Made by a program: the position numbers and the translations under genes. The notes under the pieces are model-generated. The model was not told the origin of the DNA and did no database searches. It was given only the letters and a program-made list of their open reading frames with translations. Shown piece after piece: positions 12,526 through 26,424 of a stretch of DNA of 64,000 nucleotides (position 1 is the first letter of the stretch; each line of letters opens with the position of its first letter). The DNA comes from Lama glama (taxonomy: Eukaryota): the NCBI GenBank assembly GCA_028534125.1, contig CM052817.1:28956001-29020000 (forward strand), in the 5' to 3' direction.

Positions 12526-14744
12526 TTTTTTGTTGTTGTTAAATCTGTGACCAGTTCTACAGCTGTACAATCTGTGTAGTATCACAGAGTACCGACAGAG
12601 GGCAGTAATGAGGCAGCTCACAGACGTAAGAACAGGACGAACCCTGAAGCCCAACAGGTGCTCCCAGGAAAAGAGCAGCAAGCCTCAGGAGGACACCTGA
12701 AATAAGCAGGTTTCCCACAGGCTCCGTTTCCGGTGAGAGCATAGGGCCTGCAGTGAGGTTTAGAGACGCTAGAGCAAGCTCCCTGCAGGATGAAAGGAGA
12801 ACCCACCTGGAACAGAATCCAAAATTGGCAAAACACGGACAATTGATACAAATGAAAAGGAAGGCCCAGAACGTTAGGAAGGGCCACGAACTGGGGTACC
12901 TGAGGGCCTTATGTTTGAACAATTCACAGACAATGGACGAGGAAGCTCTAAAGCCTGGAAGTTAGAAAAGGTATAGTGACCACCTGTCCCTTCTAAATGG
13001 CCATTATTTGGGGACTGATTAAATAAACACTAGTCTATCCACCTAATGAGTTGCAATGTGGTTGTGCAAAGGAAAGAAGAATGTTTCTATATACAACTAT
13101 GGAGAGATCTCTGGGGTGTATCATTGACTGAAAAAGGTCTACATGGTAATAAATTAGATTAAGTAATATATTTTTGTGTTTGAATAAAATTTAAACATTA
13201 TACTACAAGGAAGTTATATAGATTATAGAATAAAAATCAATGTTGAGGGAATTTTTTTGTTTGTTTGTTTCTTAACTTTTTCTCCTCATAGTAATAGAGT
13301 ACGAGAGCCAGTACCTTCAAGGCGAATTCTTCAGTATGTAAGCTTTTGCATCTAAGAAAAAGAAGCTGCATAGCAATGATAAATTAAATAATAGTTTGAA
13401 TCTAAGAATAATGTTAAATCTGACAAGCTTCATAGAGAAGAGAAATGAAAAGGGAGCACAAGTTCAAATTTCAGCAGTATCTACAAAAAGTGTTTTTGAG
13501 TTATCCTTCACAGGCAAGGATATTGTAAATAATGCCAAATTATATTTTAAAGACAATCAAGTGTTGGAAATTGAATGGAATATATAATAAAAAACTGCCC
13601 CTAGGGATTTTAAACTGATGATTTTAGTCTAAGAAAAGTAAATTTTAAAATAAAAAGCGAGCAACAATAAAGAATGGCATAAAAATAATATGCTAGTAAT
13701 GTGAGTTTCAGAAATGCTGTTATATGTGACACTAATTCTCATACTGATGTGATAAAACTATCTAGAAAACTCCTAAATTTTATTTAAATATGCATTTTTA
13801 TATCCTTCAGTTGAGCCCAGTACAAAAATTTGAAAGTGCAAAAATATTTGTTGAATTATTAAATGACTTTGGATAATCATTAACATAAATATTGCCATTT
13901 TTAAATCTAACAAATGGTTTTATTTACACCTTACAACTTTGCTGCTGATGGTCATGATGGTTGGTTAGTTGGTTGGTTGATGTTATGCTTTGAATGAGGT
14001 CTTGTTGGAATTGTTTTTGACCCTCAAGAACTGAATTGATCTTCTCAGTATAACAACATATCAACAGATCATGTTTTGCATAGTTAAAATTATTATTTGC
14101 TTGTCTTTCCTCTTTACCCGCTATCCAAGGTAACCCTACTCCTGAAGCAGCAGAGTTTGTATTTGATGAAAGGCTTTTAGATTAATTTCTATGTTTATTT
14201 GTAAAAAATTAGTGCGTTGTTTTCATCTATATTTTTAAAAGCATATAAATGGCATGATGCTGTAGATTATGTTCTATTTCTTAATGTTTCCATTTAACAT
14301 TGTTTTGGTATCTAGTATATGTTCCTTTATGCAAATCTAGGTTTATTCTTCTGATTAATATTCTATGATATGCATAACTACATGTCATTTACCCATTCAT
14401 ATATGATAAACATGTGGGTTGCCTCCAACTTCTTATTCATACAATACTACGGTAAATTGCCTCATAAATGTCTCCTTTATATCTGAAGGCAAGATCCCTG
14501 GATATATATGTCCCAACTGAGTAGGCACCTCCTCAGTTTTACTAAAATCCTTCCAGTTTGCTCTCTAAAATACACTTCACTAAATTAGACTCTCAAACAT
14601 AAAGTACAAGATTCCCAAATCCTGCCATCTTTAGCAGTCATGAGTTATCCAATTTTCTCATTTTTGCCAAATTTATAAAATGCCATCCACAGGTTTTTTT
14701 TTACATTTTTATTATTGATTAATGTAAGAATATTTTCAGTATTC

Positions 14745-14985
14745 TGAAACAGAAAAATGATGGTAGATTAAAAAAACTAAAGGATATGAGTAAAGTAAAT
14801 GAAATTTTCTATAAACTTTGATAAATAATATGTCATTCATTAGTTGTGACAAAGAACTCATACTAATATAAGATGTTAACAATAGGGAAAATTGTCTGCA
14901 GGGTATATATAAAATCTCTGTACTATCGTTGCAACTTTCTGATGAATATAAAACCATTCTAAAATTAAAAGTTTTATTTTTTTAA
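14745..14985 (+). mobile_element. L1MC/MD-type 3' end
   Basis: ttcattagttgtgacaaa...actaatataagatgttaacaatagggaaa...atctctgtactatc...ccattctaaaattaaaagtt. Confidence 0.8.
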
Positions 14986-16002
14986 TGTTGCAAATATTTT
15001 CTCCTAGTCTGTGAGCTATTAATTTTGTCTCTGGTGACTTCACTAAACAGAAATCCAGACATGATGTTTGCTTCAAACAATGTGATAGTAATAGAGGTGA
15101 AGAGAAATGGACAGATTTGGGAAGTATTTCAGACAATGGTGAATTAGAAGTCAGAAAAAAACAAGGCATTGGGAATGAGTTCTGAACTTTGTTACTTCAG
15201 GAACTGAGTGGGTAATTTCTGGAAGCTTCATGGTCTTTAGTGTGATTGTAAATATTGTAAAAATATGTCCTATTTTCTATTTCTATTTCGCTTGCTGTTG
15301 CAAATAAATGCTATTGATTTTTGCATATTTATCTTGCTGTCTTAATAGTTCTAATAGTTTGTCTGTTAATTGTCTGGTTGTTGTTGTTGTTGTTTTTTGA
15401 CCAATGATCAATTAATTAGAAATACTGAACATTTGTCTTCTTCCTTTTAATTCACAAACACGCCTTTTCCCCCCTTTGTATTTAATCAGACAGAACTTCA
15501 TAGCATATGAGAGTTTTGCCTAATTCCTAATTGTAAAAGGAAGCTTCTGAAATTTCTTCATTAAATATAACATTTGGTATTGGTTTGCATTTGTCCACTT
15601 GTTCTGCTTTATATTGCAATTGGGAATAGGTGTCAGCAGTAGTAAGGAAAGATAGATTTTATCTGATTAAGGAAATTTCCTTTTATTCCTACTTTTAAAA
15701 GAACTTTTTAAGAAAACCTCCAATGAATTTTGAACATTTTCCAAGTTTTTCTGTGTACATTGAGATGATCATAGAATGTTTACCCTCCATCCACTAATGT
15801 GATGAATTATGTTTTTACATGCTCTGATGTTAACTGTCCTTGCATTCCTGAGATAAGTCATCTTTGATTCATGGTGTGTTTTTTTAAATATGCTGCTGAA
15901 TTTTGTTGGCTAATTAATATTTAGAAAAATTTAATCTGTGCTCAAGAGAGAAATTGGCTCGCACGTTCATTTTCCCATAGTGTCTTCATCTAGTTTTGAT
16001 AC

Positions 16003-16466
16003 TCTGCTGGATATTTTTTCATTTACCCTTCTGGATTTATTCTCTATTCTTCTCTCTGCTCTGTATCACAGAATGTGACTGAATGGATTCCATCAGTGGG
16101 GTCTTGCCCTCTGGATTCTGGTACCATTGTCCATAACCTCCTTCTGGCAGGAGACTCAAGGGCAGGATGTGAGTGAAGTCTGGGTATTTACTCTCCCAAT
16201 TCTCTTTCTGTTAGATTGCAGCCCAATGCATCCTTCTACCAAAGGTCCCAGCTCCACCTCGATTTTGTAAATTATTCTCTCAAATTACCCTTTAAGGTCA
16301 AAAAGTGACACTGGCTTCTTTTATTGTAAGTCTGAGTACAAAACTATTCTCTACTGGTTTTCTGAAAGTCAACCTAAACTGCTGTAAGGAGACCCTTCAT
16401 TAAAATCTCTACCATTCCCCAGTGTGAGTGTGCCAACTGCTTCCTGCTGGGACCCTGCCTGATACA
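16003..16466 (+). mobile_element. ERVL LTR16-like solo LTR
   Basis: cttgccctctgg, gagtgaagtctgggtattta, terminal gagtgtgccaactgcttcctgctgggaccctgcctgataca. Confidence 0.8.
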
Positions 16467-16799
16467 GATATCAAAGTTACACTCACATCCAAATATAAGT
16501 TGCATGTCTTTTCTTTTCTCGTAGAAGAAATAAATTGTGTAAAATAGACACATATTCCTTTGAAATGTAGTAGAATTCACCTATAAAACCACCATTTTAG
16601 GGGCAAGGATTTAGTAGTAGTTATTAATCTGTACAAATTTTCAGTTTAAGTGCCAATTTTCGAGTATTACATTGTCCAAAATATCTATTAACTTGAGATT
16701 TCAAATTATTAACATTTAGCACTTCATAATATCCTTGTATAACTTTTAGATATCTTCCACACTGCAGCTATTTTTCTTTTTGTTTAATTACAAATTAAA

Positions 16800-17448
16800 G
16801 TGGAATGTATGTTGCTTTGGGGAATATAAAATGATGCAGTGACTGTGGAAAATGGTTTGGTGGTTCCTCAATAAGTTAAACATGCAATTACCATATAACC
16901 CAGCAATTCCACTACTGGATAGAACTGAAAACAGGTGTGCAAGCAAAAACTCATACGGGAGTATTTACAAGAGCACTATTCACAATAGTTGAAATGTGGA
17001 AGCAACCCAAATGTCCATCAACTGATGAATGGATAAACAAATTATGGTATATCTATACACCAAAATATTTTCCCCCACAAAAAGGAATGATGTACTGATA
17101 CCTGTTACAATATGGATGAGCCTTGAAACATCATGCTAAGTGAAAGAAACCAGTCATGAGAGGCCACAGATGTGTTCATTACATGAAATGTGGAGACTAG
17201 GCAACTCCATAGAGAGAAAAAAGAAATTAATGATCGCCAAAAGCTGAGAGGAGAGGGGAAATGAAGAGTAACTACTTAAAGGATACGAGGCTTCCTTTTG
17301 AGGTGATGAAAATGATTTGGAATTAGATAGTGGTGATGGTTGTGTAACATCGTGAAAGTACAAAATGTTACTCCTAGTAAATATTACATTAGATGCATTT
17401 TACCAAAATAAAAAAATTAAAATTAAATTAAATAAATAAAAATAAAAA
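16800..17448 (+). mobile_element. L1MB/MC-type ORF2 end, 3'UTR and A-rich tail
   Basis: ttaccatataacccagcaattccact, caacccaaatgtccatcaactgatgaatggataaacaaa, ggtgatggttg, A-rich tail 17405-17448. Confidence 0.9.
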
Positions 17449-18590
17449 TATATGTGTTTACCTGGTTCTATTCCACCTACTCTTTAGAAATTCCTGACCC
17501 TTTCCTAAAATGCTTACCAAATTATAATTGAGAGTCCCTGGGGTGGAGAAATGAGAGGATAGTAGACCCTTAAGTAAATCCTACTGATTAATCCTCCTTA
17601 GTAATTTCCTAGTGTTACCATTTTCTTCTCTTTCAGCACCGACTGGCTGTGATAATGTCTCCTAGAGCAACTAATGGCAAAAACAGCTTAATCACAGGTA
17701 TGCACTGAAGGTGCTTAACTCGAATGCTGAGGTCACTGATGTCCACTCCCAGGCTCAGCGACTGCCCTTTTTGGCTGCTCTTTTTGTTGTTGCTTATTAA
17801 TTTATGTATAATCCACCTCATTTCAAAAAATGGCTTGAGTTAATGAATGCCTAAGTCAAGAACAGCAATGCCTGTGCCCATCATTGCCAAAACTTCCTAT
17901 AGAAATATGGTTGATGCTTCACAGAGCAATTTCAGACAGATTTTGATAAAATACCTACTAATTTTCATTTGTTCTTTTATTGGAGACTGCCAACTTAGGA
18001 CTCAGACCTGAAGCTCTCAAATGTCTGAGTGTTAGAAATATCCAGCTGTCCCTCCCACTGGTACTGGGTGGACTTTCATTCAAGAGCTACCATCATATGG
18101 TCTGCTGTCACTGGCAAGAATGATGCCAGATCACATCTCAGGATTTGCTCCAAGCCTGTCCTACATGGAGAGCCTTTCCACTCCACTACTCTCCCTGCAA
18201 TACTTCAGAATACTGGTAAGTTACAAAGGAAAGTGGTTGTGTTCAGAAGAAACCTTGTATCATGTGTGCACATGCATGGACAATCTAATTGAGATTTCTC
18301 CTGAATCAAGGCTGGGACAAAACATCCTTCTGTGATAGTGCCTTTGAAGCAAACAAACAAACAAACAAACAAGAATTCCAGGGTCTATTCATCTTTGGGT
18401 TTGAATCTAGAGAAATACAACAGTAAAGGTCTTATCTAGGAAGGAGAAATGTGGCTTTTCTTAGGGTAAATGAAAGTTCTATGAAGATAAAATGGGAAAA
18501 GAAACTTGAATTTTTTTAGAAATGATCATTGCTCAGAGAAATTCTCTGAGTTAAGTAATATCTAACTTGACACCATATTATAAACATCAG

Positions 18591-19212
18591 TGATACAAGC
18601 AGGACCCTATGGGGCCTTTCCGAACAGACCCACCCCCACCATGTCCTCCACCTGCCTCTTGTTAGAAAAACTTTAGCCTCCTAGGTCTTCCCCGAGTTCC
18701 AGAGAGTAAACTTAATCAGAAAAGTGAGAAAATGCAGAAAGAAAAAAACAGTCAAACAAGACAAAATAATAATAGTTTAGCCATTAAACAAAGTCAAGGA
18801 CCTTTAGCTCCTCCTCAAGGACTATAGATAATATTCTGAGCCATATCCTTTGAGCTGTTTTGCAGATACTAAAACCCTCACAAAGTTGAAGAGGCAACGT
18901 AGACCCCAGATTAGTTGGAACCGGAAGGTTGATGATGCTGACTCCTGATTACCTCACCACCAACCAGTCAGAAAAATGTCCATGAGCCGATCACACACCT
19001 CACAACGCCCCCCTCCCCCACCCCCGTCTTTAAAAACCTTTCCCTGAAAGCCTTTGGGGACTTCAGGGATTCAGGCCTTTTAAGCACTCGCTACCTGGAC
19101 TCCTTGCTTGGTGCCCTGGAGTAAATGCTGCTCTTTCCTTCACCACAGCCCGATGTCAACAGATTGGCTTTACTGAGCATGGACAAGTGGACCCAAGTTT
19201 GGTTTGGCAACA
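18591..19212 (+). mobile_element. ERV1-class solo LTR (~620 bp)
   Basis: TG...CA ends (tgatacaagc...ggcaaca), TATA-like tttaaaaa ~19029, agtaaa poly(A) signal variant ~19120, U5-like gtggacccaagtttggtttggcaaca; no clean target duplication seen. Confidence 0.8.
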
Positions 19213-20645
19213 ATGCCACTAAAATGAGTTACATTTAAATCCCTAATAATTTAAGAGGGATCCATTTGAATACGGATTTTTTAAAAACTCTTCAATCTAC
19301 CAAGAAATCTATGTGTAAGCTATGTATTATACATGACTAGGTGCCTAATAAAAGTATTTTCAATGAATGAATAAAGAGCTAATATTGAAGATAATTAACT
19401 TTATAAAAAATTCCTTCAGAATTGGGAACATTCATTTGCTAATTTTCTATAATAAAGTTTTATTTGTTAGATCTCCATAACATGAGTAATATATTTCTTA
19501 TACTATCATGTCATTCATGAAGAATATGAGAATATCATCCTGTAATAATGAACCAGATGATACATGAGGACAAAATGGAATTATTTATTCAAGGCTACTA
19601 AATTTTTTGACAGAAGGAAGCTTCATTTGTTATTCTAGAAAATAACTTTATTAGAGGATTGAAGATTCAGGAAAAGGTGATAAAAAGCATCGTTAAAAAG
19701 ATATCTCTAATGGAGTTCTCATAAAACAAATTAAATTGGAAATTATTGACATTAAAATAAAGGGATGTAAGCTCAATAATGGGAGGATGAGAAAAATATC
19801 TAGCCAGAATTAGAGTTATTCATGTGATACAAAAAAGTATGTTGCAGTCATAGCTATAACCTAGAATTAAAAGTAGAATAACTAGCATATGCGTAATAAG
19901 AGAGATAAATCATTGATGGGCTGGAAGGAAAAATGAAAGTCTCTAGTGATATGTGGATACAAAAATCAGTAATTAGAAAGAATCTGACAAACTGATCATT
20001 GCAATAATCGTAATATTAATTCCTTCAGCAATCCTTTTTTGAAAACCTGTTGAGTGGTGGGAATGCAAAACTCAAGAGATGGATTTGTCAGCTCTATGAG
20101 CTGACATTATAGAGATAGAGAAGGTGATGTATGAGAAAAGTAATGTAATGCGATTTGATAAGTGCTTTTCTAGAGGGATGAATAAAGTGTTCTAACAGCA
20201 TGAAAGAAGAGAACTGTTGGTTCTCTGACAAAGCTGCCAAATTCCTCTCTGAGAGATGGGTGAGTGGGATAGTCATGAGCTACTGACAGGGGAAGTGCTG
20301 CTGCTTCGCAGGTGATGGGTGGTGACTGTAGGTAAGAACGTTGCTAACACAGGAGAGAAAGGGGCTGAAACAAATGCCAAGTATTCTAAAGCCAGAGCCT
20401 CACCATTGTTAGTCATGGTTAAGACAGCTGGCAAAGAAAGGACATGCATATGAACAAGATCACTTTGCTTCTCTGTGATTTTATCCCTATAATCTCCTGT
20501 ATCATGACATACAAAGAAATTTTGCAGTCTTGACATACACTGTTACACTTGCTTTTCCTCCTCTGCTCTGGCTTAATTATAAAGTTGATTAGTCCATTTT
20601 TTTCTAATGCCTCACTAATTACCTCCTTCCAACTTCCACCACAGG

Positions 20646-20646
<1 letters not shown>

Positions 20647-20677
<31 letters not shown>
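20647..20677. repeat. (TG)n microsatellite
   Basis: ~15 TG units. Confidence 0.98.
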
Positions 20678-20678
<1 letters not shown>

Positions 20679-21530
20679 GCTTGGTTGGTTGTTTTCTGAT
20701 CATGGAATTAACAAAGCAACAAAGCTTGAAGTAGGAAAATCTGTCTTTCTGTAGGTCACCTTGAAGGCCCCTTTCACCTGCTGAAGTATCCCTTCTTGGC
20801 TCCAGCATCTCCAGGTATAAAATCTTATTAACAGTTCAGATACAAAGCACTCCCCCTCCCAAGTTTTATTTGCATTCTAAAGGACGTTAGACCAAAATTT
20901 TTCTATAATGATATGACTTTAGCGTCTAGATCAGATAACAGAGAAAAATACTTGGGGGCGAAGGGGGCTAGTCTTCTACATATATTCCACACTGTACCAT
21001 GCTTCTCCCCTGTGTAACACAAACTTTGAATATAAAGTCTCTTAATGGAATTTTGAAGTAAAAAAAGAAGATTGTGGAATGAAAGCAATCAGAAGGGCAC
21101 AGGAACTTCTAAGTCATTCCAAAATTATTGCACAAAAAGAGCCACATATTCTGAAGATACAGGGGGCTAGTCCAGCATTGCTGAACAGCTATTATTTTAC
21201 AGCCTCATTGTTTTGTTCTGGTGGCGTTTGTTTGTTTCATAGAATCATGAGCCACATAGAACTTCCATAAATGATGATTCAAGATGTACAGAGCAGTGCT
21301 CTTATTTGGAAGTTTTAACAAAGGGTATTAATGAATGATCAGCCTTTGTTCCACAATGGTAAAGAGAGTCAGCTCTGAAGACAGCCTGATATCACACAAT
21401 TACCCAGTAGCAGGATGACAATCGTACCTCAATGCCTCATGTGCAGCTTGACTTGGGGGAAAATAAAACTAAATGATTGATGTCAACTACTAAGTCTTCA
21501 ATAAAGGGTGATTCTTCTTGAAGGGCAGTA

Positions 21531-22186
21531 CAGTTGATTCTCATTTTTCATGACAGTTTTGTTCTATACAGTTGCTGTGAACAGTAAATTAACCAATACT
21601 GAACCATTGTTCCTAGAAGAAACACAGGGTTAAGTTCCTGGGAGCCTCTTGTCACAACATTTTTGTCCTGTATCTGGTCAGTATGTAATCGTGTTTTATG
21701 TGTGCTCTGCTTATGGACACTTTATTTCCTATATATGGTTCATTCATTAACATTGAGCCCTCAGACAACAGCCCTATAACTCACGCCTGAAAGATGCTTA
21801 CCTAACACACGTATTTTCTCCATAAAGCTATTTCAGCCTTCTTGCCTTTTGGAACACTAGACAGCACTTCAGCACTTCTGCTTGAGCACCATTTTAAACA
21901 GAGAAATCACCAACAAAAATTACAAAAATGCAAAAAATGTGGCACTGAATAGACCACGACAAGAACACTTGCTTGCAATAGGAAAGCTCAAACAAGATGA
22001 CAGGGTGTAGCCTTGTTGGACCTCAGCTGGGAAGGTGCGTGTCTAGAGACTCCAATTTTTTGCTGCTCTGCATATGTCTGTGAATCACCACATCGGTACA
22101 GTAAGTATTGATTTGGGAGTTAGAAATAAATTTTAGCAAGTAGGTGAATTCGGAATACAGAATCCAGGAATATTGAAGAGCAACTG
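21531..22186. mobile_element. MER82 TcMar-Tigger non-autonomous transposon, full length
   Basis: ta|cagttgattctc...gagcaactg|ta: terminal inverted repeats with TA target duplication; ~655 bp; reverse complement of the copy at 40627-41252. Confidence 0.9.
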
Positions 22187-22194
22187 TATAATGT

Positions 22195-22360
22195 AGTTAT
22201 CTGTCATCAGCCTGGCTTAACTACTTATCACCTGTGTAGTTTTGGGCAAGTCTCAGTTTCCTCACCTGTGAAATAAAAATAATAACAGCTCCAACCTCCT
22301 GTATACGTGAGGAGAGTTAAATGAAAAACTGAACATAAAGTATTTACTTGGCACGTGAAA
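22195..22360 (+). mobile_element. MIR SINE
   Basis: ttgggcaagtctcagtttcctcacctgtgaaataaaaataataacag. Confidence 0.75.
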
Positions 22361-25300
22361 AATGATAAAAAAATACAAATTACTAATTCAGGGAACACTA
22401 CATAAGGTAATAAGAATTAACTTTAATATAAAAGGAATTTTCTTACTAATACTTCTCAAAATGCTGGGGAAAAAGATTTGACTGAATAATGTACTTTTTC
22501 CTCTTAATTTGTGGTGTATAAGCAGAACCAATTTTAGTGACAGATATAAAGGGTGTTATATGCTAATACAAAAATCATTTTGGTGAAGTAGTATAAATCA
22601 ATAGCATCATTTTAGGGATCTTAACTGAAGTATGCAGATGCTAAGTTTTAAATGGGACCTGGTGCTAGAATTTCAATTAATGCAAATGGAAAGAAAGTTG
22701 AACCGTAAGTACTAATTTTATTTGCCTAGATTAAGCCCGGAAAAATGAGCTCACGTCCCTAAGGATCTGATCTCAATGCTGAAAGATAAATGCACAGAAA
22801 CATAGTCACATGACCTAAGATTTCATCTCTTTTGATATGTTGTAAATAGTTTCTATTATAAATAAACACTAGCTTTTGCTGGAAATCTTAATGAGGTATT
22901 TCCACACTTTACCATCCGTCAGTGCAATGTTTGTGATAACAAAAATAAAAAAGTGAAAAACTACTTTGTTAGCTATTAACCCAAGAACTCCTGCTCAAAA
23001 ACAGTGTCCACTTAACTTACTGAAAAGATACCTGAATTACGTCTCTCTGTATTTCAATTATGTATATTCAGTACTAAAAATTTCACCAGATAGTGCAAAA
23101 CAGAATAATGAATGATGAAAATTGATGAAATCAGAAAGAATGCAAATGAATGAAAGACGTTTGTTTTGTTTTTTCATGTGGTATTTTGGGATTGTAGACT
23201 GCTGGGTAGAAGTGAAGGGACAAACATTTCAGATTAAAATAACTCATTCAGTTAAAAATTTTAGCAAAATGAGTCAGAAAAAAAATGTACTACATAGGTG
23301 TGGTTTTTAACCATTTTTGGATTGCTTCCAAAATCTGCAAAAAAAAAAAAAAAACTAAGCTAAAGTAAAGAACTTTCTCCCCAGAGAAGTTCACGATACG
23401 TATACACATTTTTTAAATATACACATGCATTTTCTTTACAGTTAGTTTGTTTAAGGATGTACTTACAAGAGGTTCAAGCACCCCAAGTTAACAATCTTCT
23501 CCAAAAAACTAGAGGAAAGTCAATTTTAATTGTATACAACTGATTTTCACAGATGAGGCTTTTGAAAATATTTGTATATAGTTAAATACATATATTTTTT
23601 AAATGATAACTTAAACAATTTTTATGGAAGTAAAAATGCATGTTTCTATTTTGGTAGATTTTTGTAGCTTCATTCCCCCAACACTCTCCCATAAATATTA
23701 ACTGAAAATGCTGTTTAGAAAAACAAAGCAACTTTACCTCTTTTCAGCCTTTTTTGTACTGATAGAATCTTTAGGATTTTTATTAAATCTGTATAAACCC
23801 TTCAGGGACTTGTCCAGTGGAAAGTCTGTGCAGCCCATTGATTTCAATAAAGAAGGCAAAGATGGTGAATGGTGAAGCAAAACAACTCTAAAAGCAAGAA
23901 CTAAGAATGCATCGTTCCATTCTGTGATGCCTGATGGGTACTATCTGAAGAAATGATTCACTTCTCCCATAAGCCCATGGCCTGAAGCAAAGTAGTGTCA
24001 CCCTTCGGATCAACAAGTGTCCTATATTGCCATAATCTCTATTCTTGCATATTTCACATTTCATTATGCGCCATAGACATATCATGAGAATTCATCTCAA
24101 TCACATTACAGAAACATTCAAAGACTGGAAGCGATTCATTTTTCAAAGATCCATTGGTCACATCACTTGACTTTAATAGAAATATACAACTGTGGCTGAT
24201 AATGCTATCTAACACACTATGGTCCAGTGTTTCAATCCGACACCCTTTGGTGCTTATCTCTGGCATCGTCCAGAAGCTGCATCCGATGCCAAGCCTGGTC
24301 ATGCAGAGCATGTAAATTTAAAGAGCCATTTTCATTTATAACAAACAGATCCAGCTGGGAACACAGCTGTTAAATGGGCAGGCAAGCAACATTTCCTGCT
24401 ACCTGGAAGGGTTTAATTATAAAACCACCTCGACAAGCTTTCAAAAGCCATAAATGAACTAGCCCACCCTCAACATGTGTTTAACTTAAAAAGAGAAAAA
24501 AAAAAGTGAAATTATTGAATCGCATATTGCAGAAGTAATCAGAAGTATTTTATAAAAATCCTAAAATCTACATATGTCTAAATTGAATCTGCCTTTGATT
24601 CTTCACATTGTTTCCTGGCTTCTTTATATTTGGGCTTAAAATCTAAAGTTTGGAATAATCCAGACAAAAAGAAATGTGAATTATAGCATTTTTGTACATC
24701 TATCCCCTCGGTGTCCTTCACTAAAGAAACAAGAAAAGACCAGTAAGCAAGTACCAAGTACAGTGTATGAAAACAAAGTGTAGAAATTTGAATATAACAC
24801 CTAAGGTACTCAATAGTCAAGGGAGATAAATGTATTTACATATAAAGTGTCTGTGGCATTCCCTAACATCTTAGCAAGTTATGACATAAAATTTCATTGT
24901 CACTGTGGTGTGTTGTTGATGGTTGTCCTCTTTTTAAATTGACCTTGGAAAATAAAGTGATTTTTTTACATGATTTGAGCCAACATCTTAGCTGCTCAGT
25001 ACCTATTCATTGTACATCAGAGACCTCCCAATACAACAATCTGGGACCCCAAAGACTGCATAGAGGTCCTAAGGGAGGAAGAACGGTATAGAATCGTTAT
25101 TCCCTCCAGCCATTGTCCCCTTTTGCTTATTAACTTTCTGAAACACACCCAGTATTCCTGAGATGGATGTATAATACAAGTTAAGTATCTATCCAGTAGT
25201 TACTATTTAATAGATGATAAAATTCTAAAGGGTTCCACACCTTGCTCTCTGTGTGTAGTGTCAGTACATCACAGTAAACAAGTAGATGTTTCATAGACTG

Positions 25301-26424
25301 CTGAGATTTAACTTTGGATTCATTTCACTGATGATTTATCCCATCCTAGGTCATCCATAAAGATTCATCTATCCCATAACTAAACCCTGGAAGCAATTAT
25401 GATGACTGAAGTTGAGAAGTCATAGTTTTTACAGCATAAATTGAATCTGAAGTTTTAATTTATTTTACTTTTTTGCTTGTCTAACACTATGCCTTTTTGC
25501 ATGGAAAAAAGATTTCATACTATCATTAAAATCTATAAGATGTTTTTAATGGAAATGTGCTTTATGTAATATTGGGTCTGAATTTTATCTAACAAATATC
25601 TGAGAAAATCAGGCAAATAAAAAATGAGAGAAATCAAACTTGTACAACCTTTCCTGCAGTTTTACAGCATTCTGTCATGTCATCCTTAATTCTTTACTTT
25701 TTTACATTTCAGTATTTATATTTAGACTTGGCACCTTTCCAAAGGCCATATGCTGTGATTAAATAACCCTTTCTGCTTTATAGTGGTGATTAATGTTTAA
25801 ATACCTCCTCCAACAACATAATGTTAATATGTTAGTAGAACATGTATTTCCAAAAGATTCTAAAAGTATGAGCACAAGTGTGGTGTTCTTCAAAGGAACT
25901 TCTTCAAGGAAGTAATGAAGGAGTAAGAGAAGGAAAATGGGGAGAAGGTGATAATGTTAGTAATGGTTAGACCTTATGAAGTACTTATTAAGTGTCTGGC
26001 ACTATTCTAAGCAGTAGTATATTCATTTTCTCATGCAATCATTATAACAATTTTATGAAATATGATTTTCCAGATAAGGAAATTGGCAGGCACTAAAATT
26101 GAATGTACCTATTCAATTTACCAACTAAAGTTGCTATTTAGGCTATGTTTCTCACATTATTTGTCCTGGGGTTCTTTGTAATAGGGTTTGATGTCAGCTA
26201 AGAAAGAAGAGACTCTAAAACAGGAGTGGCTAACCTCAGAATTTTCTGAGGGATTCATGTTTGGGCTCAGTGCATTAATGAACCCAGCAGTATGCTGTTC
26301 TAAGTAGAGTGAATGCACATATGGAATTTTCTTACAGTTGTATCCATAGCTTTTACAAGATCCACACACACACACATCCCAGAATAACACCATTAACAAA
26401 AACCAAACGTTTAAGAACCAATGT

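Larger units (their letters stand above)
14080..16760 (-). mobile_element. Old L1 (L1M/L1ME-type) fragments with nested insertions
   Basis: T-rich antisense L1 motifs (tgggttgcctccaacttc, tgctattgatttttgcatatt, ccttgcattcctgagataa, gtagaattcacctataaaacca). Confidence 0.65.

Noticed and set aside
18532..18550. ctcagagaa-a-ttctctgag inverted repeat
   Set aside because: 9-bp arms are within chance expectation for 64 kb
23830..23850. cccattgatttcaat motif reminiscent of ancient amniote repeats
   Set aside because: Too short to assign a family without an HMM search
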